This document shows, one piece after another, positions 8,230-18,886 of a DNA stretch of 64,000 bases. How positions within the stretch are numbered: the first letter of the stretch is position 1; every line of letters starts with the position of its first letter. A program made the translations under genes and the position numbers. This stretch comes from Eubacteriales bacterium (GTDB lineage Bacteria > Bacillota > Clostridia > Oscillospirales > CAG-272), in the NCBI GenBank assembly GCA_045635885.1, contig JAZTWO010000076.1:15054-79053 (forward strand). The letters are read 5' to 3'. The notes under the pieces were generated by a model. The model was given only the letters and a program-made list of their open reading frames with translations, was not told where the DNA came from and made no database searches.

Positions 8230-8264
8230 AAAATAAATTAAATTAACTCATAAGGAGAAACAAA

Positions 8265-9824
8265 ATGAAAAAGATTTTATCATTCATTCTTTTGATCGCT
8301 ATGCTTTGCACAAGCGTTCTTGCAGTTACATCATGCGGTCCTGCTGACAATGGTGGTAACGGTGGCGACGATATCGATATGAATATCGACTTGTCCAAGA
8401 AGCCCACACTTAACGTTTTGATGCCTAACTCAGGTAAGTCAATCGAAGCAGTTAACAACAATGTTAACGCTCAGGTTATCGAAACACTTACTGGTTACAA
8501 AGTAAACTACACACAGCTTCCTGCTGATGCAACAACAACTCTTAACACAATCTTGATGGATAAAGAGAGATATGATGTTATGAAGCTCACAAAGGATCAG
8601 TTCAGCGACCTTGTTGACCAGGATATGCTCCTTGATATCACTGATGCTCTTAAGACATTCGCTCCTGATATGCTTGCAAACATTTCTCAGGAATCTTGGG
8701 ACGTTGTAACAGTTAACGGTAGAATTTACGGTATTCCTGAACGTGCTTCCAGCGACAATATCGAAAATCCCATCGTTCTTAACTACGACCTTATGCTTGA
8801 ATTGAACCTTGATATTCCCGAAACACTTGACGAATTCACAGAAGTTCTTAGAGTTATGACAGAACATCTTGGTAGACCCGCTTTGACATTTGATAAGTTT
8901 ACTCCCCTTGTTCCCGCTATTTCTGCTGCATTTGGTATCTATACATACTGGCAGGAATATGATGGAGAAGTTCTTTTCTACATGAATGCTCCCAGATATA
9001 AAGAATACGTTGATTACATGCACTCACTCTACGAAGCAGGTTACATTGACCCTGAAGTAGCTACAAATGATGCTGCAGTAGCAACAAACCGTTTTGTAAA
9101 TAGCTTTGATGCTTCTGCAGGCGGTGCAAAGGCAGGCGCATATGCTTGTTCTTTGTGGACAGTTCCCGCAATCACAACAGGTCTTTCCACAAAGGGTATC
9201 GACACAACTGATACACTTGATAACCACCTTGCATACGTTCGTTCTCTTAAGGAAAATGCAGGTGATGAAGAAAAGGTATACAGAAGCAGTGGTTACACAT
9301 ACATCTCAGCTATTCCTTACTACATGGCTGACAGAGCAGGTTATGCTCTTGACTGGATGAACTCCAAGATTAAGGATACAGAAACAGAAGACAACTTCCG
9401 TCAGATGGTTCTTGGTACACAGGACGTTCACTGGACATTGACATCAGATGGTTCATATATGCCCATCAACCCTGCATTCGCAGAAAAGGATGACGCTTCT
9501 TACTATATGACAGGTTCTAACGAAAACAAGTACACAGAATACTGGCTTGCACGTGTACGTAAGCAGCCCGAACTTTACAGAGCATGGTCCACAATGATGG
9601 AAGATGCAGATGCAGTAGGTGTATACAACGTTGTTGACTTTACTCCTCCTCTTGCAAAATATTCTGCTAACCGTTCAGCAATCGAAACAAATGCTCAGGA
9701 CTGGTTCTATATTATGCTTAGAGATGGTTCCGGCAAGCTTGCTGAATACCAGGCTAAGCTTAATGGTCAGTATAAGTGCGCAGACGCAACTGCAGAAATT
9801 AACAACTGGTATAAAAACAAATAA
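8265..9824 (+). CDS. Sugar ABC transporter substrate-binding lipoprotein (large LplA/YtcQ-like class)
   Basis: AAGGAG SD and lipobox LAVTS|C. It is a ~520-aa extracellular solute-binding protein sitting directly upstream of two MalFG-type permease genes. Confidence 0.85.
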   Translation: MKKILSFILLIAMLCTSVLAVTSCGPADNGGNGGDDIDMNIDLSKKPTLNVLMPNSGKSIEAVNNNVNAQVIETLTGYKVNYTQLPADATTTLNTILMDKERYDVMKLTKDQFSDLVDQDMLLDITDALKTFAPDMLANISQESWDVVTVNGRIYGIPERASSDNIENPIVLNYDLMLELNLDIPETLDEFTEVLRVMTEHLGRPALTFDKFTPLVPAISAAFGIYTYWQEYDGEVLFYMNAPRYKEYVDYMHSLYEAGYIDPEVATNDAAVATNRFVNSFDASAGGAKAGAYACSLWTVPAITTGLSTKGIDTTDTLDNHLAYVRSLKENAGDEEKVYRSSGYTYISAIPYYMADRAGYALDWMNSKIKDTETEDNFRQMVLGTQDVHWTLTSDGSYMPINPAFAEKDDASYYMTGSNENKYTEYWLARVRKQPELYRAWSTMMEDADAVGVYNVVDFTPPLAKYSANRSAIETNAQDWFYIMLRDGSGKLAEYQAKLNGQYKCADATAEINNWYKNK

Positions 9825-9846
9825 ACATTATTAAGGAGTGCACAAT

Positions 9847-10788
9847 ATGAGCACCAAAAAACAAAAAATGACTTTTGGAACAAAAGTGAAAAAGTATAAA
9901 TCTCTTATTCCTTTTGTTATTCCTGCAATGATGTTTGCTCTGGTTTTCTCATATTTACCTATGACAGGTATTTTGATCGCATTTAAGGATAATCCTAATT
10001 TTTTGCGATATGACGTTGTAACTGCATTCCAAAAATCCGAATGGACATTGGAGAACTTTAGAATATTGTTTTCCGACCCTGAAATTTTGTCTTACATCAG
10101 AAATACATTGATTATTTCTGTTATGAAGATAGTAATTTTGTTCCCATTGCCTGTAATTTTGGCAGTAATGATCACCGAGCTTAGAAGCAAAAAGTTTTCT
10201 AAGCTCGTGCAGGGAATAGTATTCTTGCCCCACTTCTTTTCATGGATTGTTATTGTTGGTATTTTCAACAGTATTTTTGGAATGTATGGACCTATTAATA
10301 ACCTTAGTGTAGCACTTGGTGGCGAAGCGGTTCACTTTATGGGTGAGCCCGGATGGTTTAGATGGCTTGTTGTAATTCTTTCCGGTTGGAAGGAAATCGG
10401 ATATAGCTCCATTGCATATATCGCAGCAATTATGTCAATTGACCCTGCGCTTTATGAGGCGGCAAAAATTGACGGTGCAAGCAAGCTCAAACAGATTTGG
10501 AATATCACAATTCCTTCAATCATGCCCACAATTATAGTAATGCTTATTATCCGTATCGGTTATTTGATGGATGCGGGATTTGAGCAGGTTTATGCTATGC
10601 TTAACTCACTTACAAGAGAAACCGGTGAAATCATTGGTACTTATGTATATAGATTGGGTTTCTCAATGGGTAAGAGTGACTATGGTTTGTCCACAGCTGT
10701 TGGTTTGTTTAATGGAGTAATTTCATTGATATTAATCCTTTCAGCAAACTACTTCAGTAAAAAGAAAACAGGAAATGGTGTGTGGTAA
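9847..10788 (+). CDS. Sugar ABC transporter permease (LplB/YteP-like)
   Basis: Multi-TM protein with an EAA-type loop (EAAKIDGASKLKQIWNITIP). ATG 9847 has GGAG 8 nt upstream, whereas the ORF-track GTG 9838 overlaps the SD. Confidence 0.85.
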   Translation: MSTKKQKMTFGTKVKKYKSLIPFVIPAMMFALVFSYLPMTGILIAFKDNPNFLRYDVVTAFQKSEWTLENFRILFSDPEILSYIRNTLIISVMKIVILFPLPVILAVMITELRSKKFSKLVQGIVFLPHFFSWIVIVGIFNSIFGMYGPINNLSVALGGEAVHFMGEPGWFRWLVVILSGWKEIGYSSIAYIAAIMSIDPALYEAAKIDGASKLKQIWNITIPSIMPTIIVMLIIRIGYLMDAGFEQVYAMLNSLTRETGEIIGTYVYRLGFSMGKSDYGLSTAVGLFNGVISLILILSANYFSKKKTGNGVW

Positions 10789-10790
10789 TT

Positions 10791-11666
10791 ATGGCTAAAA
10801 GTTTAACAATTAGAAATAATAGCAAAATTAAAGAAAATCGACTTTTCAACATTATTAATACAATAGCGTTGACAATTATCTCGATTATATGCTTTATACC
10901 ATTTCTTAACGTGTTGTCAGTAGCTTTGTCTACTGCAGGAAATGATATTAACTTTACTCCTAAGGGCTTTACTTGGTATAACTTCCAGTACGTTTTCTCT
11001 GATACTGGATTTTGGAGAGCAATGGGAGTATCCTTCCTTGTAGTTGTATGCGGAACATTATTGTCAGTAACAGTAATGTTTGCAGCGGCATATGCATTGT
11101 CAAAACCCAATTTTCCTGCTCGAAAGGGAATTATGGTATTCTTTATTATCGTAATGATCTTTTCTGGTGGTATGGTACCCAATTACCTTGTTGTTAGTAC
11201 ATTGGGTCTTACAAAAACTCCCTTGGCGTTGATTTTGCCATCAGTTGTGCAGGTATATAACCTTATTTTGATTAAGAGTTATCTCGAGGGACTACCCCTT
11301 GAACTTGAAGAATCTGCTTCTATTGACGGAGCAAATAACCTTCAGATAATGTTCAAAATATTGTTGCCTATGTCTATGCCATGTGTAGCAAGTGTAAGCT
11401 TGTTCACAGCAGTAACACTCTGGAACAACTATACCAGTGCGTTGCTTTATCTTGGTACCGAAGAAAAGTGGTACCCCTTGTCGCTCTATATTCTCAACTA
11501 TATTCAGTTGCCACCTGACACTCTTTCAGTAGCTATGAAGGATTTGCAGAAGGATAATATTGAAGCGGCTATGATCGTTGTTAGTATAATACCCATCCTT
11601 CTTGTTTACCCCTTGGTACTTAAATACTTTACAAAGGGCGTAACAGTTGGCGCAGTAAAAGGATAA
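10791..11666 (+). CDS. Sugar ABC transporter permease (LplC/MalG-like)
   Basis: Multi-TM protein with an EAA loop (ESASIDGANNLQIMFKILLP). ATG 10791 is preferred; the ORF-track GTG 10782 overlaps the upstream stop. Confidence 0.85.
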   Translation: MAKSLTIRNNSKIKENRLFNIINTIALTIISIICFIPFLNVLSVALSTAGNDINFTPKGFTWYNFQYVFSDTGFWRAMGVSFLVVVCGTLLSVTVMFAAAYALSKPNFPARKGIMVFFIIVMIFSGGMVPNYLVVSTLGLTKTPLALILPSVVQVYNLILIKSYLEGLPLELEESASIDGANNLQIMFKILLPMSMPCVASVSLFTAVTLWNNYTSALLYLGTEEKWYPLSLYILNYIQLPPDTLSVAMKDLQKDNIEAAMIVVSIIPILLVYPLVLKYFTKGVTVGAVKG

Positions 11667-11667
11667 T

Positions 11668-12534
11668 ATGACCATATGTATCGATATGGGTGCAACCGAA
11701 ATTAAGGTTGCACCCATTAAAGGAAAAGAAAATGAGATTTTTGTGGGAGATGTACAGAGATTTCCCACCAATGCATCCCTTGGTAAAAAGGGAATTACAG
11801 ATGCTCTGTATCAGGCAATATCTTCACTTAATGGAGATGATGTTGATGGTGTGGCTATCGCATCTGCAGGAGATATTGACGTTAATACTTCAATTATAAC
11901 CTATGCAACCGAGAATTTGCCCGGAATGATAGGTTTCGACTTTGCGCAATTTTGCAAAGAGAATTTTAATTTACCTGCAAAAGCCATTAATGATGCCCAT
12001 GCGGCGTTACTTGGTGAAATGGTTTTTGGTGTTGGTAAGGATTATCAAGATAAGAGAGTAGTGATGCTTACTCTTGGTTCAGGTGTTGGCGGCGGCTACT
12101 ATGCAGGTGGCGAAATTGTTGCTAACAAAGAGAACGATTTTGGCAGATTTGGACACATTTGTCTTGAAGAAAATGGTAGAGAATGCACTTGTGGAAAGCA
12201 CGGATGCATTGAAATGTACCTTTCAGGAAGAGCGATTCATAAAGATGCCAACAAAATAGGAATAGATGGTCCTGATATTTTTAGAAAGTATGCGGCAGGC
12301 GAACCTAAAAACGTTGAGTTTGTTGAAGACCTTCGCAAAAACCTTAAAATATCACTTGATTTAGTAATGCAGGTTAGCCCATTTGATGTTTGTATCATTG
12401 GTGGCGGTGTTGCCGATTGGATGGAAGAACATTTCTATTCAATTACAGAAGGACTTGGCTATCCTATTATTAGAGCATCCCTTGGTAATAGCGCAGGAAT
12501 TTATGGCGCATATGCTCACTATATCAAAAGATAA
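11668..12534 (+). CDS. ROK-family sugar kinase
   Basis: ROK motifs DMGATEIK and LGSGVGGG plus the zinc motif CTCGKHGCIE. There is no HTH domain, so this is a kinase rather than a repressor. It starts 1 nt after the permease stop. Confidence 0.75.
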   Translation: MTICIDMGATEIKVAPIKGKENEIFVGDVQRFPTNASLGKKGITDALYQAISSLNGDDVDGVAIASAGDIDVNTSIITYATENLPGMIGFDFAQFCKENFNLPAKAINDAHAALLGEMVFGVGKDYQDKRVVMLTLGSGVGGGYYAGGEIVANKENDFGRFGHICLEENGRECTCGKHGCIEMYLSGRAIHKDANKIGIDGPDIFRKYAAGEPKNVEFVEDLRKNLKISLDLVMQVSPFDVCIIGGGVADWMEEHFYSITEGLGYPIIRASLGNSAGIYGAYAHYIKR

Positions 12535-12593
12535 TCGTTGAATTTGAAAACTGATTTTTTAATAAAATATTACATAAAAAGCGTAGAAATATT

Positions 12594-14192
12594 ATGAAAA
12601 CAATTAATGCACAAGTAATTATTTGTGGTGCTTCACTTGGTGGCACTATTGCGGCTATAAGCGCAGCAAAGGAAGGCAAAAAAGTTGTTCTTCTTGAAAA
12701 AACAAAATGGATTGGCGGTCAGTTGACTTCCCAAGCAGTTCCTCCCGACGAGCATATGTGGATAGAGGAGCAGGGTTGCACTCGTTCATACCAGGAATAT
12801 AGAACTAAGGTTAGAAGCTATTATAGAAATCTTGAAGGTTATTCCGAAGAAATTAAAAATAGAGATTATTTCTGTCCCGGTGCATCTGAGGTTAGCTGGA
12901 TTGCTCATCCTCCTCGTCTTGCGCTTTCCATTCTTAACGATATGGTTGCTCCTTACGTTGAAAATGGCAATTTGACCATCTATACTGAAGTTCAGATAAA
13001 GGAATGTATTACAGAGGGTGACGAAATCAAAGGCGTTGTATATAATATCGACGGTGAAGATGTATTGCTCACAGGTGATTACTATCTTGACGGTACAGAT
13101 ATTGGTGACCTTATTTGCATTTCAGGTACTGAATATCGTGTTGGTGCGGAAAGCAGACACGAAACAGGTGAAGAGGATGCCCCCGAAGTTGGAGATTCTG
13201 AGGATATGCAGTCATTCATCTATTCCGCATGTATTGAAAATAGACGTGAGGGCGATTATACTATCGAAAAGCCCGAGCTTTATGATAAATTCAGTCAAAT
13301 GATGATGCCTTATGATAATCATAAGCTTTATTCAATGTACGGTCCTAACTCATCAACAGGTAAGGCGAAAAAATTTGGTATGTTCCTTGAGGAATTTAAC
13401 GAGGAAGGAAAAGAGCTTTTCCCCTTGTTTAAATACAGAAGAATCGTTTGCGCAGATTATTTCACCGACGGAAGTCAGCCCTATGACGTTACACTCGTGA
13501 ACTGGCCTCAAAATGATTTTTTCCACGGTAATCTTTTCGATTGCGAAGATGCAGAGTATAACGATTATCTTGCAAAGCAATATACTCTTTGTTTCGTATA
13601 TTGGCTTCAGACTGAAGCACCCAGATATGACGGTGGAAAGGGCTATCCATATTTTAGATTAGCTCCCGAATACGTTGGGACAGAGGACGGATTGTCAATG
13701 GCTCCATATATTAGAGAGTCAAGACGTATCAAAGCGAAAAAGACTATTACCGCTACTGACGTTTGTGATGCTGAAAAATGCAAATTTGAAGATAGTGTTG
13801 GTGTTGGAAGTTATCCTATTGACCTTCATATCACTACAAAAACACATACTTTCTTCTATAAACCAACACATAGATTTACAATTTCTCTTGGGGCAATGAT
13901 TCCTGAGAGAATGAAGAATATTTTGCCCGCTTGTAAGAATATTGGTTCAACCCATCTTACCAATGGTTGCTATCGCTTGCATCCTGTAGAATGGAATGTT
14001 GGAGAGGTTGCTGGACTTCTTGCTTCCTTTGCAATAGACAAGGGTGTTCTTCCGGTTAACGTATGGGAGAATAAGGAATTGTTCAATGAATTCTGTTTGT
14101 TGCTTGACAATCACGGTATTCAGAGATATTGGGATGAAAATAATCTTGAAGCAGGCTATGAGCGTGTTAAAAAGCTCAAAACATTTGCTTAA
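12594..14192 (+). CDS. FAD-dependent oxidoreductase of unknown substrate
   Basis: N-terminal dinucleotide-binding motif VIICGASLGGTIAAISAAKEGKKVVLLEK..W.GGQ. The 532-aa layout resembles FAD_oxidored-type proteins found in glycan loci. Confidence 0.7.
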   Translation: MKTINAQVIICGASLGGTIAAISAAKEGKKVVLLEKTKWIGGQLTSQAVPPDEHMWIEEQGCTRSYQEYRTKVRSYYRNLEGYSEEIKNRDYFCPGASEVSWIAHPPRLALSILNDMVAPYVENGNLTIYTEVQIKECITEGDEIKGVVYNIDGEDVLLTGDYYLDGTDIGDLICISGTEYRVGAESRHETGEEDAPEVGDSEDMQSFIYSACIENRREGDYTIEKPELYDKFSQMMMPYDNHKLYSMYGPNSSTGKAKKFGMFLEEFNEEGKELFPLFKYRRIVCADYFTDGSQPYDVTLVNWPQNDFFHGNLFDCEDAEYNDYLAKQYTLCFVYWLQTEAPRYDGGKGYPYFRLAPEYVGTEDGLSMAPYIRESRRIKAKKTITATDVCDAEKCKFEDSVGVGSYPIDLHITTKTHTFFYKPTHRFTISLGAMIPERMKNILPACKNIGSTHLTNGCYRLHPVEWNVGEVAGLLASFAIDKGVLPVNVWENKELFNEFCLLLDNHGIQRYWDENNLEAGYERVKKLKTFA

Positions 14193-14214
14193 TTTTTGAA
14201 TTTGGAGGGTGACT

Positions 14215-15351
14215 ATGCTTGCTATAAGAAATGCAAAAATAGTGCTTGAAAATGAAATATTAGAGGGAAAGGTATTGCTTCTTTCCGACAAAATTGAGGG
14301 AATAGTAGAAGAAAACGAAATTCCCGATGGTGCAGAGATTATTGATTGCGAGGGTGGATATATCACTCCCGGATTTATCGATTTGCACATTCACGGATAT
14401 TTGAGCAAGGATGTTTGTGATGCAACAGCTGAAAGCATCAGAACAATCGCAGGCGGAATTGTTGAAAATGGTGTTACAGGATTTTTGCCTACAACAATGA
14501 CCGTTGATATGTCCGTAATAAAAGGCGCACTCGATGCTTGCCGTGAGGTAAGAAACAGCGGCGAATATTACGGTTCAACAATACTCGGTGTTCACGCGGA
14601 AGGACCTTTCATTTCCGCATCTAAAAAGGGTGCGCAGGACGAAAGATTTATCTTAAAACCCGATGCTGATTTTGTAAAGGCAAACGCCGATATAATCAAA
14701 ATTATTACACTTGCTCCCGAAGAGGACAAGGATTTCCTTGAAATTAAGAGAATGGCAGACGAAACTGATGTTGTTGTTTCTATGGGCCATACCTCTGCAG
14801 ATTATAGAACCGCAATGGAAAGCACAAAGAACGGTGTAAAGCATTCAACACATCTTTTCAACGCAATGACTCCTATGACACATCGTGCTCCCGGTGTTGT
14901 TGGTGCGGCGCTTAATTCCGACGTTTCTTGTGAGCTTATCGTTGATACATATCACGTTGACCCTGCGCTCTATGAAATGGTTTACAAAATGAAGGGAAGA
15001 AAGCTTTGCTTTATCACCGACTGCTTGCCCGCAGGTGGACTTCCTGAGGGTGAATATACACTCGGTGGTGCAAAGATAATATATAAGAATAATCTTTGCA
15101 AACTCGAGGACGGCACAATCGCAGGTAGCGTTCTTAAACTCAACAAAGGTGTATGGAACGTGTATAACAACTCCACAATTCCACTCCACGAATGTGTAAA
15201 CTGCGCAACTCTTAATCCCGCAACAACTATCGGTGTTGCCGATAGAAAGGGTTCGATTGAAGTTGGTAAGGATGCAGACGTTGTTCTACTTGATGATGAG
15301 TTCAACGTAAAGAAAACTATTATCGGGGGAATAGTTAGATATGAGTCTTAA
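14215..15351 (+). CDS. nagA: N-acetylglucosamine-6-phosphate deacetylase
   Basis: Amidohydrolase motifs GFIDLHIHG, GVHAEGPFIS, MGHTSA, HLFNAM and ITDCL. ATG 14215 follows a GGAGGG SD; the ORF-track GTG 14209 lies inside that SD. Confidence 0.85.
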   Translation: MLAIRNAKIVLENEILEGKVLLLSDKIEGIVEENEIPDGAEIIDCEGGYITPGFIDLHIHGYLSKDVCDATAESIRTIAGGIVENGVTGFLPTTMTVDMSVIKGALDACREVRNSGEYYGSTILGVHAEGPFISASKKGAQDERFILKPDADFVKANADIIKIITLAPEEDKDFLEIKRMADETDVVVSMGHTSADYRTAMESTKNGVKHSTHLFNAMTPMTHRAPGVVGAALNSDVSCELIVDTYHVDPALYEMVYKMKGRKLCFITDCLPAGGLPEGEYTLGGAKIIYKNNLCKLEDGTIAGSVLKLNKGVWNVYNNSTIPLHECVNCATLNPATTIGVADRKGSIEVGKDADVVLLDDEFNVKKTIIGGIVRYES

Positions 15352-16438
15352 ATCTATTAAGACTGTTTCTAAAAAATCACCAATGAAAGCAATAGCAAAT
15401 AATTTTAAATTATGTTCCAAGGCTATTTCCGCCGAAATTTATGGGGCAGGACATATCAACATGACCTATTTGATAGTTTGTGAGGATGGAACTAAATATA
15501 TAATGCAAAAGATTAATAATATAACCTTTCCTAATGTAGATGAATTGATGTCGAATATTTGTGGAGTTACAGAATACATTGCTAAGTCTGCAAACGAGGG
15601 TGCCGAGGTTCTTTTGGTCGTTCCTACTTTAGACGATAAGCCATATTATTTTAATGGAAATGAATATTATAGAGTATATACTTTCCTTTCAGGTGAAACA
15701 GTTGAAACAGGAGCTACATTGAAGCAGTTTGAACTTGCGGGGCGTGGTTTTGGTCAATTTCAAAATTTGCTTAATGGATATCCTGCAGATAAATTGTTTC
15801 AATCTATTAAAAACTTTCACAATACGGTTGATAGATTTGAAAAATTTGAAAAAGCCATTGAATTAGACTCTGCTAATAGAGTTAATGATTGTAAAGAAGA
15901 AGTTGAATTTTTTAAATCAAGAAAAGAGTATTGTTCAAAAGTGCTTGACCTTATATCAAGTGGAGAGATACCACTTCGTGTTACTCATAATGATACAAAA
16001 CCCAACAACGTTCTTGTTGATGAAGCAAATGATAGGGTTGTTGGCGTGTTGGATCTTGATACGGTTATGTCGGGTAGCATTCTTTATGACTTTGGTGATA
16101 GCATTCGTTATGGTGCAAACACTGGGGCTGAAGATGAAGTTGATTTAACAAAAATTGGATTTTCTGAGTCATATTATGAAAGCTATTGCAAGGGATTTTT
16201 ACCTCTTGTGAAGCACATGCTTACAGATTCCGAGAAGAGTAATATACATTTTGGTGCGATGCTTATGACTTATGAATGTGGTATGCGCTTTTTAACCGAT
16301 TATCTTTCAGGTGATACATATTTTAGAATTCACCGAGAACATCATAATCTTGATAGATGCAGAACACAAATGAAACTTCTTTCTGAAATGGAAAAGAAGG
16401 AACAAATTATGATTGATATCGCGAAAAGATATCTATAA
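15341..16438 (+). CDS. nahK: N-acetylhexosamine 1-kinase (NahK/LnpB-like, APH-fold)
   Basis: Strong by-eye similarity to bifidobacterial NahK: GAGHINMTYL, IPLRVTHNDTKPNNVL, LDLDTVMSGSILYDFGDSIRYGA, ECGMRFLTDYLSGDTYF. Overlaps the nagA 3' end by 11 nt. Confidence 0.8.
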   Translation: MSLKSIKTVSKKSPMKAIANNFKLCSKAISAEIYGAGHINMTYLIVCEDGTKYIMQKINNITFPNVDELMSNICGVTEYIAKSANEGAEVLLVVPTLDDKPYYFNGNEYYRVYTFLSGETVETGATLKQFELAGRGFGQFQNLLNGYPADKLFQSIKNFHNTVDRFEKFEKAIELDSANRVNDCKEEVEFFKSRKEYCSKVLDLISSGEIPLRVTHNDTKPNNVLVDEANDRVVGVLDLDTVMSGSILYDFGDSIRYGANTGAEDEVDLTKIGFSESYYESYCKGFLPLVKHMLTDSEKSNIHFGAMLMTYECGMRFLTDYLSGDTYFRIHREHHNLDRCRTQMKLLSEMEKKEQIMIDIAKRYL

Positions 16439-16458
16439 AAAACAAAAGGAGTATGTGA

Positions 16459-17841
16459 TTGATTATGCTTGCGACAAATAAGACAAAGTTAGATAAGGGA
16501 TTTATGCCAATTGCTCTTGTTTGTAGAGAAATGAGAGAAAATACTAAAGACAACGGTCAGGATATCGTTGTTGCGGTTGAAAGAAATCAGGGCTATACAT
16601 ACGTTTATAAAACAAGAATATATAAAGACGGAACAGGTCACGACGAAGAAAACTGCAAGTTTATCGATAGAATTGCTAAAACTCTTTTGTGGATTGCAGG
16701 CGGCTATAAGGTAACTATCGCAGGTAGTGAAGTAGTTGGTGAATATATCAAAAACACATTCTGCTATGGCGGAACAAGAGATTTCGACGTTCGCTTTATG
16801 GAGAGAGTTTACGAGGAAAAGTTTGAAGTTATCGTAACTGACCTTGCAAATGCTCCCAAAGAAAAAAGCTCTGCTTGTCCCGTTGGTAAGCACCTTGACG
16901 GTTGCCGTATCGGATTTGATGCGGGTGGATCTGACAGAAAGGTTTCTGCCGTTGTTGACGGTGAAACAGTTTACTCCGAAGAGGTTGTTTGGTTCCCAAA
17001 ACTCAACTCCGACCCAAGCTATCACTATGAGGGCATTTTGAATGCTATGAAAACAGCAGCATCACATATGCCAAGAGTTGATGCTATCGGTGTATCAAGC
17101 GCAGGCGTTTACATTGACAATAAGATTATGGTCGCATCACTCTTTATCAAGGTAAATGATGACGATTTTGAAAAGAAAGTTAAGAATATGTATATAGACG
17201 TTGCACGTGAAATCGGTGAAAATATTCCGATTGAGGTTGCAAACGACGGTGACGTAACTGCTCTTGCAGGTGCTATGAGCCTTGAGGATAACGGAATTCT
17301 CGGTATTGCTATGGGCACAAGTGAAGCGGCAGGCTACGTTGATATGGACGGCAATATCACAGGTTGGCTTAACGAGTTGGCTTTTGCTCCCGTTGACTAT
17401 AACGAGGATGCAATGGTTGACGAGTGGTCGGGTGACTACGGCTGCGGAGTTAAGTATTTCTCACAGGACGGTGTTATCAAGCTTGCCCCCTATGCAGGAA
17501 TCGAGCTCGATGAAAACCTTTCTCCCGCCGAAAAGCTTAAGGTTGTACAAAACCTTATGAAAGATGGCGACGAAAGAGCAAAGGCAATCTATGAAACAAT
17601 CGGCGCATATTTCGGTTATACACTTGCTTATTACGCTGAATTTTACGATATTAAGCACGTTCTCATTATGGGCCGTGTAACAAGTGGTGACGGTGGTGAA
17701 ATCCTTCTTAACAAGGCAAGAGAGGTAATTGCAACCGAATTCCCCGAACTTGACAAGAAGATGACTCTCAATATCCCCGATGAAAAGGCAAGAAGAGTTG
17801 GTCAGTCAGTAGCGGCCGCAAGCTTACCCAAAATAAACTAA
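16459..17841 (+). CDS. Atypical ROK-like/ASKHA-superfamily sugar kinase homolog with a novel ~145-aa N-terminal extension
   Basis: The C-terminal ~310 aa carry IGFDAGGSDRK, GVSSAGVY, VANDGDVTALAG and MGTSEAAGY but lack the ROK Cys/zinc motif. TTG 16459 is 7 nt after AAGGAG; ATG 16465 is the alternative start. Confidence 0.6.
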   Translation: MIMLATNKTKLDKGFMPIALVCREMRENTKDNGQDIVVAVERNQGYTYVYKTRIYKDGTGHDEENCKFIDRIAKTLLWIAGGYKVTIAGSEVVGEYIKNTFCYGGTRDFDVRFMERVYEEKFEVIVTDLANAPKEKSSACPVGKHLDGCRIGFDAGGSDRKVSAVVDGETVYSEEVVWFPKLNSDPSYHYEGILNAMKTAASHMPRVDAIGVSSAGVYIDNKIMVASLFIKVNDDDFEKKVKNMYIDVAREIGENIPIEVANDGDVTALAGAMSLEDNGILGIAMGTSEAAGYVDMDGNITGWLNELAFAPVDYNEDAMVDEWSGDYGCGVKYFSQDGVIKLAPYAGIELDENLSPAEKLKVVQNLMKDGDERAKAIYETIGAYFGYTLAYYAEFYDIKHVLIMGRVTSGDGGEILLNKAREVIATEFPELDKKMTLNIPDEKARRVGQSVAAASLPKIN

Positions 17842-17873
17842 AAATTCAAATCATTCTAAGTTAGGAGTAAACT

Positions 17874-18884
17874 ATGAACATTTTAGTAACCGGTGGTGCT
17901 GGTTATATTGGTAGCCACACTTGTGTTGAACTGCTTAACAAAGGATATAATGTTATTGTTATTGATAATTTTGTGAATTCTTCAAAAGAATCTCTCAATA
18001 GAGTCAGCCAAATAACAGGTAAAAGTGTAAAATTGTATGAAGGAGATGTATGTGACAAAGAACTCCTTGAAAAGGTTTTTAGTGAAAACGAAATAGAATA
18101 TGTAATTCACTTTGCGGGTCTTAAGGCGGTAGGTGAAAGCTGTTCAATGCCTGTTAGATATTATCAGAATAATATTATAAGCACACTCCATCTTGTTGAG
18201 GTGATGGGAAAATATAACTGTAAAAAGATTGTTTTTTCATCGTCTGCTACTGTGTATGGTGACCCGGAGGTGCTTCCTCTTACAGAAAAGTGCAAGGTTG
18301 GTGGAACAACCAATCCTTATGGTACGTCAAAATATTTCCAAGAAATAATACTTTCTGATCTTTGCAAAGCGGATAAGGATTGGACGGTGGTGCTTCTTAG
18401 ATATTTTAATCCCGTAGGTGCACACGAAAGTGGACTTATTGGTGAAGCTCCGTCTGGTATTCCCAATAACCTTGCGCCTTATGTTGCAAAGGTTGCAATT
18501 GGTCAGCTTCCTTATCTTAATGTATTTGGCAATGACTATGATACACACGATGGAACTGGTGTTAGAGATTACATTCACGTTGTGGACTTGGCAAAAGGTC
18601 ATGTTATTGCAATTGAAAAGGTTGAAAACACTGGGTGTCATGTTTACAATCTTGGCACAGGTGTGGGATATTCTGTCCTTGACCTTGTTAAAGCATTCGG
18701 TAAGGCTTGCGGACATAATATAGCATATAAATTTGCTCCACGCAGACCTGGTGATATAGCATCTTGTTATGCAGATGCAACAAAAGCTAAAGAGGAGCTT
18801 GGATGGAGAGCAGAGCATGGGCTCGATGAAATGTGTTCTTCAGTTTGGAATTGGCAAACTAAAAATCCAAATGGATATAACTAA
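17874..18884 (+). CDS. galE: UDP-glucose (UDP-hexose/HexNAc) 4-epimerase
   Basis: NAD motif [11 protein letters not shown] and catalytic YGTSK; 336 aa; AGGAG SD. Confidence 0.9.
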   Translation: MNILVTGGAGYIGSHTCVELLNKGYNVIVIDNFVNSSKESLNRVSQITGKSVKLYEGDVCDKELLEKVFSENEIEYVIHFAGLKAVGESCSMPVRYYQNNIISTLHLVEVMGKYNCKKIVFSSSATVYGDPEVLPLTEKCKVGGTTNPYGTSKYFQEIILSDLCKADKDWTVVLLRYFNPVGAHESGLIGEAPSGIPNNLAPYVAKVAIGQLPYLNVFGNDYDTHDGTGVRDYIHVVDLAKGHVIAIEKVENTGCHVYNLGTGVGYSVLDLVKAFGKACGHNIAYKFAPRRPGDIASCYADATKAKEELGWRAEHGLDEMCSSVWNWQTKNPNGYN

Positions 18885-18886
18885 AA

